From the NCBI GenBank assembly GCA_963841565.1, contig CAWJCY010000012.1, positions 192,001 to 256,000 on the forward strand: DNA of 64,000 bases, given 5' to 3'. Each line of letters starts with the position of its first letter. Within the stretch, counting starts at the first letter, position 1. Of this stretch, positions 10,871-20,707 are shown piece after piece. The DNA is from an uncultured Nitrososphaerales archaeon (GTDB lineage: Archaea > Thermoproteota > Nitrososphaeria > Nitrososphaerales > Nitrososphaeraceae). Under the pieces are notes generated by a model, which did no database searches, had not been told where the DNA came from, and saw nothing but the letters and a program-made list of their open reading frames with translations. A program made the position numbers and the translations under genes.

Positions 10871-11939
10871 ATGAAAGTATGGCTTGATATTTTGACGCCC
10901 AAACAGGTTATGTTTTTCAAACCACTAGTTGATTCCCTCATGAAAGGTGGCCACGATGTCCTTTCTACTTCTAGAGATTATCGGGAAGCGACTGAGCTTG
11001 CGAGAATAAAGAATCTTGAAATAAAGGTAGTTGGTAAGCACGGAGGAGAAGGTAAATACGACAAGCTAAGAGCAAGCGCGTCCCGTGTATTTGAATTAGC
11101 TGAAATAGTACGAGCGTTTGAACCAGATTTGGCAATTACATTTTCCTCACCCGAAGGAGCGCGAGTTTCATTTGGACTAGGAATCAAACACTATTGTTTC
11201 AATGATTCTCCACATGCTATCGCTGTTTCAAAGCTGACGGCGCCATTAACAGATTTACTCTTTTGTCCATGGGTAATCCCTTACTCTGCATGGAATAGGT
11301 TTGGCTTACCAAAGACGAAAATCGTAAGATACAAAGGATTAGACCCTGTAGCGTGGCTTAAACGGAGTGCTAGACAACCCCGCTCAAATCCTAAGGATAT
11401 GATTTATGGAAACGGAAATAAGAAGAAGATTCTAGTGAGATTAGAAGAATCAAAGGCGAGCCTACTTAACTGAGAGTTCGGTTAAGAAAAATGGTTACAT
11501 TTTTCTTGATAGTCTAGTCAAATCGATTCACGAATCTGCAAATATTGTGGTTATCTGCCGATACTCTGATCAGGTGACAAAGGTTAATGAGAGGTATCAA
11601 GATAAGGTTTCCGTTGTAGGAAACGTTATTGATGGGACATCTGCGATAAATTCTTGTGACCTATTTATAGGAGCTGGAGGAACAATGACTGCTGAGGCTT
11701 GTCTCATGGGCAAGCCTGCTATCTCTATAACTCCCATTTCTTTCTACGTGGAGAGGTATCTGTTAAAAACCGGGCTGCTTTTAAAGGCACTAAAGCCAAC
11801 TGATCTTGTAAAACTTGCTACAAAGATTCTCAAAGATCCAAGTAGATCCTCCAGTCAAAAACAGAACGCAAAGCTAATCTTGGAGAAAATGGAAGATCCT
11901 ATCCAGACAATCTTGCGACTTATCTTAGCTCACCAGTAA
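10871..11939 (+). CDS. DUF354 family GT-B glycosyltransferase-like protein, split by one extra base at ~11461
   Basis: MKVWLDILTPKQ, VVGKHGG, NDSPHA, IGAGGTMTAEA. Removing one C in GCGAGCCTAC joins the two ORFs. Confidence 0.85.
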
Positions 11940-11980
11940 CATTATTAAAGTTACTGCTTCTTCAATAGAAGAAGCCCGGA

Positions 11981-12075
11981 AGCCCGGTAGAGTGTATCAA
12001 GTTTACGCCGAATGTAGTGGCCAAGCATAGAGGCCTTTGGAGCCTTTGACCCCAGTTCGAATCTGGGCCGGGCTA
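11981..12075 (+). tRNA. tRNA-Gln(TTG) with 22-nt intron at position 10/11 (11991..12012)
   Basis: Acceptor AGCCCGG/CCGGGCT, anticodon arm GAGGC-CTTTGGA-GCCTT, T arm CCCAG-TTCGAAT-CTGGG; intron junctions fit a BHB-like motif (helix CGGT/GCCG, bulges AG|A and AA|T). Confidence 0.88.
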
Positions 12076-12147
12076 TACTCTTTTGATCCATTAACAGAAA
12101 TTATGTCTCTAAATCATTTTTGCCTATAGGAATGGCCTACCGATCGG

Positions 12148-13638
12148 CTACGACTCGGGTGAATCTATATATGATTTGACGATTTTAGATAAATCGTCGT
12201 ACGCTTTATCAATAGCCTTCTTTCTCTTTTCCGTTCTATCCCTGAAGTTGATTACCCTCATCTTATTGTGAAGAATCATTTCAACCTGCTCTGAGTGATT
12301 TGGTGAACCTTTTGATTTCCTCAAACCCAACAAGTTCTCGGCGCCGCATGCAACAATTATTTCTTTTAATGATTCTAATGGAACCTTATATCCTGATGCT
12401 TGTAACAGCTGTTCAATTTCTCTGCTGCAAAGATCCTCTAGTCTGCGCTTCCCGTTGCAAATAGCCAATTTTACGAGAGAACCTACGAGTTTGTGTGCGG
12501 ACCTAAAGTCTAAATACTGTTTTGAAGTCAAGAGTTCCGCCACATCAATCGCATTAGCGAAACTACTTTTAGCAACCTCTAACATTCTGGTTTTGTGAAC
12601 TATAGAGGATTCAATGACAAACCTTAACATACTTAATGAACTAGCAGTCGTTGCAGTCGAAGAGAAAACAAGTCCTTTCAGTTCCTGTAAATCCCTACTA
12701 TATCCCGATGGCAAGCCTTTTAATATTGCCATCGAAGCAACAAGATTTCCTAGAATTGTTCCTGATTTCGACCTCAGTACCTCTAGCGGATCAGGATTTT
12801 TCTTTTGAGGCATTGCACTAGAGGTTGAGCTGGCAGAATCAGCGAGTTCAATATATCTGAACTCATCAGTAGTCCAGAGAATAAGATCCTCAGAGATCCG
12901 GCTTAAAGTAATCAGAACAATGCTGAGGCAAGAGAGATATTCCAGAATAATGTCCCTAGAACTTGTTGCATCTATGCTGTTGATACTCAATTGATCGAAT
13001 CCTAGTAGCGAAGCCGTTCGATTTCGATCTACGGAAAAAGTAGACCCTCCAATGGCCAACGAACCAAGGGGTGACTGATTAATCCTGCTGTATATTTCCT
13101 CTAGTCTTTCCATGTCACGAAAGAGCGACTCCGTGTAGGAGAGGAGATAGTGGGAAAATGTTCCGATCTGTGCATGCTGAAGATGAGTGTAAAGTAACAT
13201 TACCGTCTCTTTGTTAGAATCAGCACTTTTAAGCAGGGATTCTACCAAGTCGCCTAACAGACCACTGACTTCATTGATATCATTTCTGACCTTCATCCTA
13301 AGATCAGTCATTACCTGATCATTTCTGGACCTGGCGGTCTGTAACATCCCGCCCTTACTTATCCCTATTTTCTCGACTACATAAGACTCTACAGACTCAT
13401 GGACATCCTCATGCTCATTTTTTTTCATGACTGACTTAGGATGAAGTTTCGCCTCCTCCAACGCCTGCAAGAGCTCAACTAATTCTTCCCTCGACAAATA
13501 GCCAATCTCGTGCAGCATTATCACATGAGCCTCACTCCCAATTATATCATAGAGGAAAATTGCGAAGTCATCCTTTAGTGAAGAAACGTAATTCAAAATC
13601 TCTCGATCGATTGAACCTTCCGGTCTAGATCTATACAT
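12148..13638 (-). CDS. argH: argininosuccinate lyase
   Basis: HEDVHES, TARSRNDQ, YTHLQHAQ, SSAMPQKKNPD, YSRDLQE. Confidence 0.96.
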   Translation of the reverse strand: MYRSRPEGSIDREILNYVSSLKDDFAIFLYDIIGSEAHVIMLHEIGYLSREELVELLQALEEAKLHPKSVMKKNEHEDVHESVESYVVEKIGISKGGMLQTARSRNDQVMTDLRMKVRNDINEVSGLLGDLVESLLKSADSNKETVMLLYTHLQHAQIGTFSHYLLSYTESLFRDMERLEEIYSRINQSPLGSLAIGGSTFSVDRNRTASLLGFDQLSINSIDATSSRDIILEYLSCLSIVLITLSRISEDLILWTTDEFRYIELADSASSTSSAMPQKKNPDPLEVLRSKSGTILGNLVASMAILKGLPSGYSRDLQELKGLVFSSTATTASSLSMLRFVIESSIVHKTRMLEVAKSSFANAIDVAELLTSKQYLDFRSAHKLVGSLVKLAICNGKRRLEDLCSREIEQLLQASGYKVPLESLKEIIVACGAENLLGLRKSKGSPNHSEQVEMILHNKMRVINFRDRTEKRKKAIDKAYDDLSKIVKSYIDSPES

Positions 13639-14069
13639 AGGTTAAACGAACAGTACCCTGATTTAATATTTTGCTGATGCTTTAATGATCTGATCTCCTA
13701 AATGGAAATTAGAAATAATATAAAACCTGATACTTGGGTTGTCAATTGTGACCCTCTAAAATTGAAGAATATTGCATCCGGTGTAAAACTTTTATCAGTG
13801 CAGTTCTTTTACATGGTAACTTCATTCATAGAATTTGTTCTAGTTAGACCGGCTACAAGAAATGAAGAGTTATCGGGGATAGAAAAATGCTCTTAATGGC
13901 TGCTTAAATACTGTTATCGCTCGATCGAATCGAATCTAGTCACCATCTTAGTTTGTGGCTTGAGCAAAAGTTGAGCTGAGGTAGAATATAAAAACAAGAT
14001 AATTGGCTCGACTGGAAGGCACTCAGCTCGTTAATAGTTATATATCGATTGTTACAAATCAAAGGAGAG

Positions 14070-14390
14070 ATGGATCAGGACATTCAACAAGTGAAAAGAC
14101 AGATTTTCGACGAACTCACCAAGATCGTAGACCCAGAGATAGGGGTTTCAATTATGGAGTTGGAGCTGATCGACAAGGTCGATATAAATGAAGGTAATGT
14201 GGATATAGATTTGCATCTCACGAGTCCTTTCTGTCCAGCCGTTTTCGGTTTCAAGATAGCACAGGATGTCAGGGACAACGTTTACAAGCTGAATGGAATC
14301 GAAGGAGTCAAAGTGAACGTCAGCAATCACTTCATGGCAGAAGCTATCAACAAACAGGTGAATGAGAGCAACCCGCCTGCAAAAACGTGA
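14070..14390 (+). CDS. metal-sulfur cluster assembly factor (DUF59/SufT family)
   Basis: DPEIGVSIMELELI, LTSPFCP; GGAG immediately upstream of ATG 14070. Confidence 0.9.
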   Translation: MDQDIQQVKRQIFDELTKIVDPEIGVSIMELELIDKVDINEGNVDIDLHLTSPFCPAVFGFKIAQDVRDNVYKLNGIEGVKVNVSNHFMAEAINKQVNESNPPAKT

Positions 14391-14508
14391 AGAAAAGTAT
14401 GAGTGATATGCAAGTCCCCACGCTCTAGTGTCGCTTGAGGTGTACGTGAAATAAACTGGTTCTCCCCACATTCGCCGCAAAGCATGAATGCAATACGCTA
14501 ATCGGTAT

Positions 14509-15357
14509 TCAAATTTTGCCCAAGGTTCTAGTTCGGGATTCAGCTAATTTCTTGTCATTTTTCGAGAAGCTTAAAAGATGTCCTCGAAGCAATTGGATTC
14601 CAAGCGCGGGATCCACTCCTTTTGGACACACTACACTACAAGAACCTGCAAAATGACACCTCCAAATGCCATGTTTGCTGTCTACGATGTTCAATCTGGA
14701 CTGGGTGGCATCATCTCGGTTGTCGGCAACATAGCGATACGCCTGGGCTAATGCCTGGGGGCCTGGGAACTTCGTATCCGATCCCACGGAAGGGCACGCA
14801 GAGTAACATAAGCCACACTTTATACAATATGAAAATTGCAAATAATTTTCGACATCTTCAGGCGTTTGTATAAATTCTGTGAGGTTGTTCTTGTCAACAA
14901 TATTTGCATTTTGATTGTGGATAAAGGGCTCCATTGCACGATGGTGCTCAAAAAAATCTGAAAAATCGCCGACTAGGTCCCTGATTATTGGAAAATTAGG
15001 GAGAGGCTCACAAGTAATCATATTCTCATCAATTTCAGAGACCTTGGTATAGCATGCGAGTCTTGGTATTCCATTTATCTTCATGCCACAGGATCCGCAA
15101 GATGCCATTCTACAAGAATACCGTATCGCTATGCTTTTGTCTAGATAGCTTTTGGCATACAACAAGGCATCCAAAACAGTTGTCCAACGCTGAACGGGTA
15201 CTTCAAACTTGTCATAATGTGAGGATTTGCCTTGCTTGGGGTTCTTCCTATAGACTTTTAAATGGACTACCTTCCGGTCGCTCTCAACTTTACCCTCCTT
15301 TTTCTCATCACGCACTAGCTTCGTTCGGCTAGTCTTAATGTTAAGAAGCGCTGTCAT
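14509..15357 (-). CDS. sdhB: succinate dehydrogenase iron-sulfur subunit
   Basis: SCRMASCGSC..C (2Fe-2S), CIKCGLCYSAC, CHFAGSCSVVCP; likely start ATG 15357. Confidence 0.95.
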   Translation of the reverse strand: MTALLNIKTSRTKLVRDEKKEGKVESDRKVVHLKVYRKNPKQGKSSHYDKFEVPVQRWTTVLDALLYAKSYLDKSIAIRYSCRMASCGSCGMKINGIPRLACYTKVSEIDENMITCEPLPNFPIIRDLVGDFSDFFEHHRAMEPFIHNQNANIVDKNNLTEFIQTPEDVENYLQFSYCIKCGLCYSACPSVGSDTKFPGPQALAQAYRYVADNRDDATQSRLNIVDSKHGIWRCHFAGSCSVVCPKGVDPALGIQLLRGHLLSFSKNDKKLAESRTRTLGKI

Positions 15358-15365
15358 TATGTCGA

Positions 15366-15713
15366 TTAACCCAAGCCATTTGCGATTATTATTGTTCTCG
15401 TTCCGTATGCAATTAGTGCAATCATAGCAACTAGCGTGAAAACAGTCACTCCGTTTTCCCAAGCCATATTCTGTCTAAATTCTATTAAAATAATTCTCAA
15501 TCCATTGAATCCATGAATGGCAATCAGAACAAGAATGGATTCCAAGAGCACTGCGTATGCAATATTCTGATAATTCGCAATGACATTCTCATATTCTAAA
15601 CTCATAGAAAAGGGCATAACCAGTCTCATAATGATGTGCACAGCCACAACAAAGAGGGCAGCAATTCCAGAGATGTAGTGAATCTTCATTATTTGACTTT
15701 CTTTCAAAATCAA
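15366..15713 (-). CDS. sdhD: succinate dehydrogenase membrane anchor subunit D
   Basis: 3 TM helices, HGFNGLRII motif, position in the sdh operon. Confidence 0.85.
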   Translation of the reverse strand: MILKESQIMKIHYISGIAALFVVAVHIIMRLVMPFSMSLEYENVIANYQNIAYAVLLESILVLIAIHGFNGLRIILIEFRQNMAWENGVTVFTLVAMIALIAYGTRTIIIANGLG

Positions 15714-15756
15714 GGTGTTTTACAATAACCTCCTATTCTCCAATATATGAATTAGT

Positions 15757-16227
15757 CTATTCACCTGCAAACAAAATACTTGCACCGTATAACATCGCAG
15801 TAACCGCCAGAAGCAAGGCTATCCAGATTCCTGATTTTTGTCGATAATTCAGCGAAACGGGTGAGTATGGATAGTCAGGCCTACCTGGTTTACCTAGTCC
15901 TCTACCAGTTTCAGTAAATAACAATCGGATCCCATTGGCGGAGTGAAAAGTACTTGTTCCAATTACCAAAATCAGGAATAGATGCCCCCATGTAGTCTGG
16001 GTCAGTTCCAACATGGCGTTCCATGCATCTTTTCCATCAACTAAAGAGCTGGTTTCAATTACATGTCCAACAAAATATATCAGCAGGAATACGCCTGTTA
16101 AGCGCTGGAGCCAATATGAAATTCTCTCCCAACCGTATCTTGAAGGGTTGAGCCAGGCTCTGAGACCTTCACGGTTTTCACGCTTATTGCTGTCCGAGTA
16201 GATCCTATCTTCATTAGATGATTTCAT
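15757..16227 (-). CDS. sdhC: succinate dehydrogenase cytochrome b subunit C
   Basis: LQRLTG, FHSANGIR, 3 TM helices, operon position. Confidence 0.88.
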   Translation of the reverse strand: MKSSNEDRIYSDSNKRENREGLRAWLNPSRYGWERISYWLQRLTGVFLLIYFVGHVIETSSLVDGKDAWNAMLELTQTTWGHLFLILVIGTSTFHSANGIRLLFTETGRGLGKPGRPDYPYSPVSLNYRQKSGIWIALLLAVTAMLYGASILFAGE

Positions 16228-17943
16228 TAGTATTTCCTCTCAACTGGTGCATACCTAGTTACCCTTACTGGATGCCAACGTAATTTAGGTTCTTCATGAG
16301 CGTAGTACGCAAGCGTATGTTTCAGATAATTTACGTCGTCTCGACTTGGATAATCAATTCTTGCATGAGCTCCCCTTGACTCTTGGCGGTTTAGTGCGCC
16401 CATCAAGACAATTTCAGAGATTCGTGCTATTGAATCGATTTCCATGACATTGATGTAGTTAGTGTTGTATTCGTTGGCCTTGTCGTCCACATGCCTCCAA
16501 GATGTACGTTTCAATTCCTTTACTTCTTTTAACGCTTCGGCTAACGTATTTCCATCCCGAAACACATATGCCTTAGAATCCATTAAATCGGCAAGTCTTT
16601 TCTTGATTTCGTAAGGATTCATATCGCCTCTACCGTGGAATATGCCATCATAGATCCTTTTCTCCTCTTCTAATACTTGTTGTTCAGGCACAGTCATATT
16701 TCAATCCTTGGCCCTTTGAGCATATTCAGCAGCATGCCTTCCAGTAATATTACCCCATACGAGACATTCAGATGTAGAGTTTGCTCCCAGCCTATTTGCA
16801 CCATGGGTACTATTGCAGGCTGCTTCCCCAGCACACCAAAGGCCACTCATTTCTGTTTCACCTTCAATATTTGTATGTATTCCTCCCATCATATAGTGGC
16901 AAACAGGTCTAACCTCAATTGGTTCATGAATTACATCAATCCCTGAAAACTTTATACCTATTTCCCTAATTCCTGCTAATTTTTCTTTAATGCGTTCACC
17001 TCCCAGATGTGAGAGATCGAGCTTAAGACATTCTATTCCAGTCTCGTGTTTGAAGCCCCTCCCTTCTTGTATCTCACGAATCATAGCCCGGGATACAACA
17101 TCTCTGGGAGCGAGTTCAAGTTTCTCTGGGGCATATCGCTTCATGAATCGCTCTCCTTGATTATTTACAAGGTATCCGCCTTCTCCTCTGGCACCCTCGG
17201 TAATTAAGATCCCAGATGGCAGAATCCCACTTGGATGAAATTGCACAAATTCCATATCTTTTAGTGCTAATCCTTTTCTGTATGCCATATCCAAGCCATC
17301 TGGTGTTGAAGAATGAGCATAGGTAGAAAAGCCGTAGATTCGACCCGCACCTCCAGTACAAATGATTCCAGCCAAAGACTTGATTATTATGAACTGGCCA
17401 GTCTTCAACTCAATAGCTGTGAATCCTCGAAAACTAGATCCATCAGATACGATCGAAGTACAGAACCATTCGTTTAGAAAATGGATGTTCTCATGTTTCA
17501 GGCAAGTATCATACAAAGTTTGCATCTCATAAAATCCTACCTTATCTTGAGCATACGTCGCACGAGGGAATGAGTATCCCCCGAATTTCCGCTGATCGAT
17601 CCTTCCATCAGACCTTCGCGACCATGGCATTCCCCAATGATCTCAGCTGATATATTTCGTATGGTACGTTGGAGACTAGCCGTTCTGCAACATCTTGGTC
17701 AGCGAGAAAATCACTACCTCTAATTGTATCATAAATATGAGATTCTCTATTGTCTCCTTCTTCTTCAAATAGCACTGCGGCTGTTCCCCCTTCCGCAGAA
17801 ACGGAGTGAGAACGCATCACCTGAACTTTAGAGATTACAGCTATCCTCAAACCCTTGTCCACTGACGCAGCAGAAATAGCAGCTCGAAGTCCCGCTAGGC
17901 CAGATCCCATTATTAAAACATCATAGGAGAGAACCTCAGTCAA
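16227..17943 (-). CDS. sdhA: succinate dehydrogenase flavoprotein; one extra base at ~17643 and in-frame TGA at 16701..16703
   Basis: GSGLAGL, RSHSVSAEGG (FAD-His), QFHPSG, TEGARGEG, HYMMGG, HGANRLG, ESRGAH spread over three consecutive ORFs. Confidence 0.93.
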
Positions 17944-18097
17944 TCATGAAAACACCTAGTGAAGATATCGTGAACTGCAATTCTCATAAATACCTTTGTC
18001 AATGTAATAGAAAATCTGTATTAATTTGCTTTTAAGATCACTAATCCACTTGCCAGAGCAGAAGTTTATTTACTTGTGGAATTTTTAGATCATCCAG

Positions 18098-18355
18098 ATG
18101 CACATTGCCTATTCAGGAAAGGTCTTCTTTGCACCAAACACATCAGATAAGCAGATCATTGATCTGGCCAAGAAACGGTTAGTGGAAAGTGGGATCAAGG
18201 AAGAACACATACAGGTCAATTATAATGTCCAAGAGCTTGAAGTCGACGACTTGTACATTAGTTACGAGCCTCCCCATCTAGTTATCAGGAACGTCTATGA
18301 AAAGAAAAGTTCAGGGATGATAAAAATGAGAAATACGGGTATGATAGAGATATAG
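18098..18355 (+). CDS. hypothetical protein
   Basis: 85-aa ORF with ATG about 30 nt after a TATA-like TTTATTTA; fills the gap between sdhA and hisS. Confidence 0.7.
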   Translation: MHIAYSGKVFFAPNTSDKQIIDLAKKRLVESGIKEEHIQVNYNVQELEVDDLYISYEPPHLVIRNVYEKKSSGMIKMRNTGMIEI

Positions 18356-18362
18356 GATCAAT

Positions 18363-19658
18363 TCAGTTGCTTGATCGAAGCATTTCCGAAACAAGTTCGG
18401 GAACTTGAATTACATTTCCTTTCACTTCCTGACCACTGACTAAATTTTTTATCGTTATGTTGTTTTCACTTCCCTTGTGCGCCGCTCTCACCAAAATGGT
18501 AGCACCTATAGAGGATCCATAATCCAGTTGCTTTCTGAAAGATCGGGCTCTACTGTCGTAGTCTGCTGGTATCCCTGCGCCTCTCAATTCTGAAACTAGT
18601 TTCAACACGAATTTTTTATCATCATGCTCTGAAACAACAAAGACTAATGGCTTGACTTTGACCTTCAACAAGCCATGTTGGCTTAATACATTCAAAAGAC
18701 GCTCGACCCCTCCTGCTACCCCAATTGCACCTATATCATTTCGATCAAAGGCAGATGTCAATATATCAAAGCGGCCACCACCGGCCAATGCGCCTATCGT
18801 GGAGGAGGGATCAAATATCTCGAAAACAGTTCCTGAATAATAGTCAAGCCCTCGGACTATTCCTAGGTTAATTCTTACGTTGCTAACACCTCTTGTCGAC
18901 AGTGAGCTTTCCAATTCACGGAGGGATTGCCATTTGGGTAATTTACTTAGTTTCGTGGCTTGATCTTCAATTTCATTTATTGTCCCAATTTGAGAAGATA
19001 GTTCTAGCAAGGGCTTGAGTAACGAAGGGTTGATCTTATTTGTATATTCATTATAAACAGCTTCTCTTCCCTTCTTCTGAACCTTGTCCATTGCTCTGAA
19101 GACATCAAATACTAATTGGGGATCCGACACACCTAGTTCTTGCTTCATGTACTGTTCCAGCAGTTCCCTATGACTAATATCAATTGTAACTTTCAATCCC
19201 AAATTTTCAAAAAAGGAAGCGGCTAGCTGAATTACTTCGGCTTCGTGCTCTAAGTTATATGTGTCATAAAGCTCTACATCCCATTGATAAAAATATCTGT
19301 ATCTTCCTGCCTGGGGTTCGTCGTACCTCCAAACTCCCCCAAATGCGGCTGCTTTGATGGGTAATTTCATTTCTCTCCTCTGAGATATGTAACGGGTTAG
19401 TCCGACAGTGAGATCGAACCTCAGCGCAACTTCTCTCCCGCCTTTGTCTTGGAAATTATAGATTTCTTTGGAAATGGTAGGGCCCCCTTTAGCTTCAAGT
19501 GTAGAAAGCATTTCCAATGGAGAAGGCTCAAGTATTTTGAAATTAAACAGTTTTGCAGTTCGCATAAATCGATTTCTGATATAGTTGATATTAGACAAAT
19601 CGTCAGCGTCCATATCTCTCATCCCACGCGGAAGGCTCAATCTCACAACACAGACCAA
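18363..19658 (-). CDS. hisS: histidine--tRNA ligase
   Basis: PRGMRD, LRFDLT, WRYDEPQAGRYR, RGLDYYSG, GGGRFD, AGGVERL. Confidence 0.96.
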   Translation of the reverse strand: MVCVVRLSLPRGMRDMDADDLSNINYIRNRFMRTAKLFNFKILEPSPLEMLSTLEAKGGPTISKEIYNFQDKGGREVALRFDLTVGLTRYISQRREMKLPIKAAAFGGVWRYDEPQAGRYRYFYQWDVELYDTYNLEHEAEVIQLAASFFENLGLKVTIDISHRELLEQYMKQELGVSDPQLVFDVFRAMDKVQKKGREAVYNEYTNKINPSLLKPLLELSSQIGTINEIEDQATKLSKLPKWQSLRELESSLSTRGVSNVRINLGIVRGLDYYSGTVFEIFDPSSTIGALAGGGRFDILTSAFDRNDIGAIGVAGGVERLLNVLSQHGLLKVKVKPLVFVVSEHDDKKFVLKLVSELRGAGIPADYDSRARSFRKQLDYGSSIGATILVRAAHKGSENNITIKNLVSGQEVKGNVIQVPELVSEMLRSSN

Positions 19659-19733
19659 CCTTCGTGACCATTTAGATTTTACTCCTAGTTCGACACATTA
19701 TTATTATTCAACTCTCATTGACAACTAGCAAAG

Positions 19734-20180
19734 TTGGACTCCGAAGGGTACAAATATTTGGAGCATAGCACAGACGCTCTTGTTCAAGCCCATGGGAGCG
19801 GTTTGGAAGTGCTTTTCGAAAATTGTGCCAAGGGATTAGTTAACATCATGTTTGATATTGACAAGGTGGAAAACCGCCAATTTAGGACGATCACAGCTAG
19901 TGGCGAAGATCTTGAAAATCTCCTTTTCGACTGGTTAGAAAAGGTCTTGTTGAAAATCCTCATTGATCAGATCGTGTTGTCAAGATTTTCCATTAAAATT
20001 TCTCAAAAAGATGCAAACGTCGCAGAAAAAAAGTATCTTCTCAAAGCACATGTAGGAGGGGAAAAAGTCAGCTATAGTAAGCATAACTACAAAATAGAGA
20101 TCAAAGCAATCACTTACCATGAATTGAAAATACAACATATAGGACCTAATTATATTGCAACATTCTTGGTTGACTTGTAA
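19734..20180 (+). CDS. archease
   Basis: YLEHSTD, LLFDWLE, EIKAITYH, C-terminal LVDL. Confidence 0.93.
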   Translation: MDSEGYKYLEHSTDALVQAHGSGLEVLFENCAKGLVNIMFDIDKVENRQFRTITASGEDLENLLFDWLEKVLLKILIDQIVLSRFSIKISQKDANVAEKKYLLKAHVGGEKVSYSKHNYKIEIKAITYHELKIQHIGPNYIATFLVDL

Positions 20181-20297
20181 AAATCCTTTCTTTATCCATA
20201 ATTGAGGATTTTATTAGCCTTGAATTTTTAGAACGGTGGATTGAACCAATCGGATAAGTCTTAAATATGCATGATAACTTTTAATGAATGTATCATT

Positions 20298-20633
20298 ATG
20301 AGTGAAGTAAATAAGCCAGCTTTGATGGAGCTTAACGATAAGAACTTCGAGGAGAATATATCTGGCGATAAACCTGTATTGGTCGATTTTTGGGCAACTT
20401 GGTGCGGACCCTGTCAGTTTATGCTGCCTATCTTCGACAGGCTATCTAAGAAATATGGTCAGAAAGTCACATTCGGTAGGCTGAATGTGGACGATAATCA
20501 GGGAGTAGCCATGAGATATGACGTGTACGCTATACCAACATTCATAATCTTTATGAACGGGAAGGCCATCGACAGAGCAGTAGGTGCTGTAGGAGAAAAG
20601 GGCCTAGAAGGCTTGTTACAGAAGTATCAGTGA
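20298..20633 (+). CDS. trxA: thioredoxin
   Basis: VDFWATWCGPC, IPTF. Confidence 0.93.
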   Translation: MSEVNKPALMELNDKNFEENISGDKPVLVDFWATWCGPCQFMLPIFDRLSKKYGQKVTFGRLNVDDNQGVAMRYDVYAIPTFIIFMNGKAIDRAVGAVGEKGLEGLLQKYQ

Positions 20634-20707
20634 TATTTCTCACGTAGTTTGCATGAATTTCTATTTCTAACTGAGAACTAAGTAGGGTCGAGCCATTCCC
20701 AAGCAAG

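Noticed and set aside
13702-13896. Short ORFs in spacers (13702, 37933, 59985-60411, 62009, 62757)
   Set aside because: No motifs or coding-like composition; several coincide with predicted RNA folds
16701-16703. Selenocysteine reading of the sdhA TGA
   Set aside because: The site is a variable linker rather than a catalytic Cys position, no SECIS is evident, and Sec use is not established for this lineage
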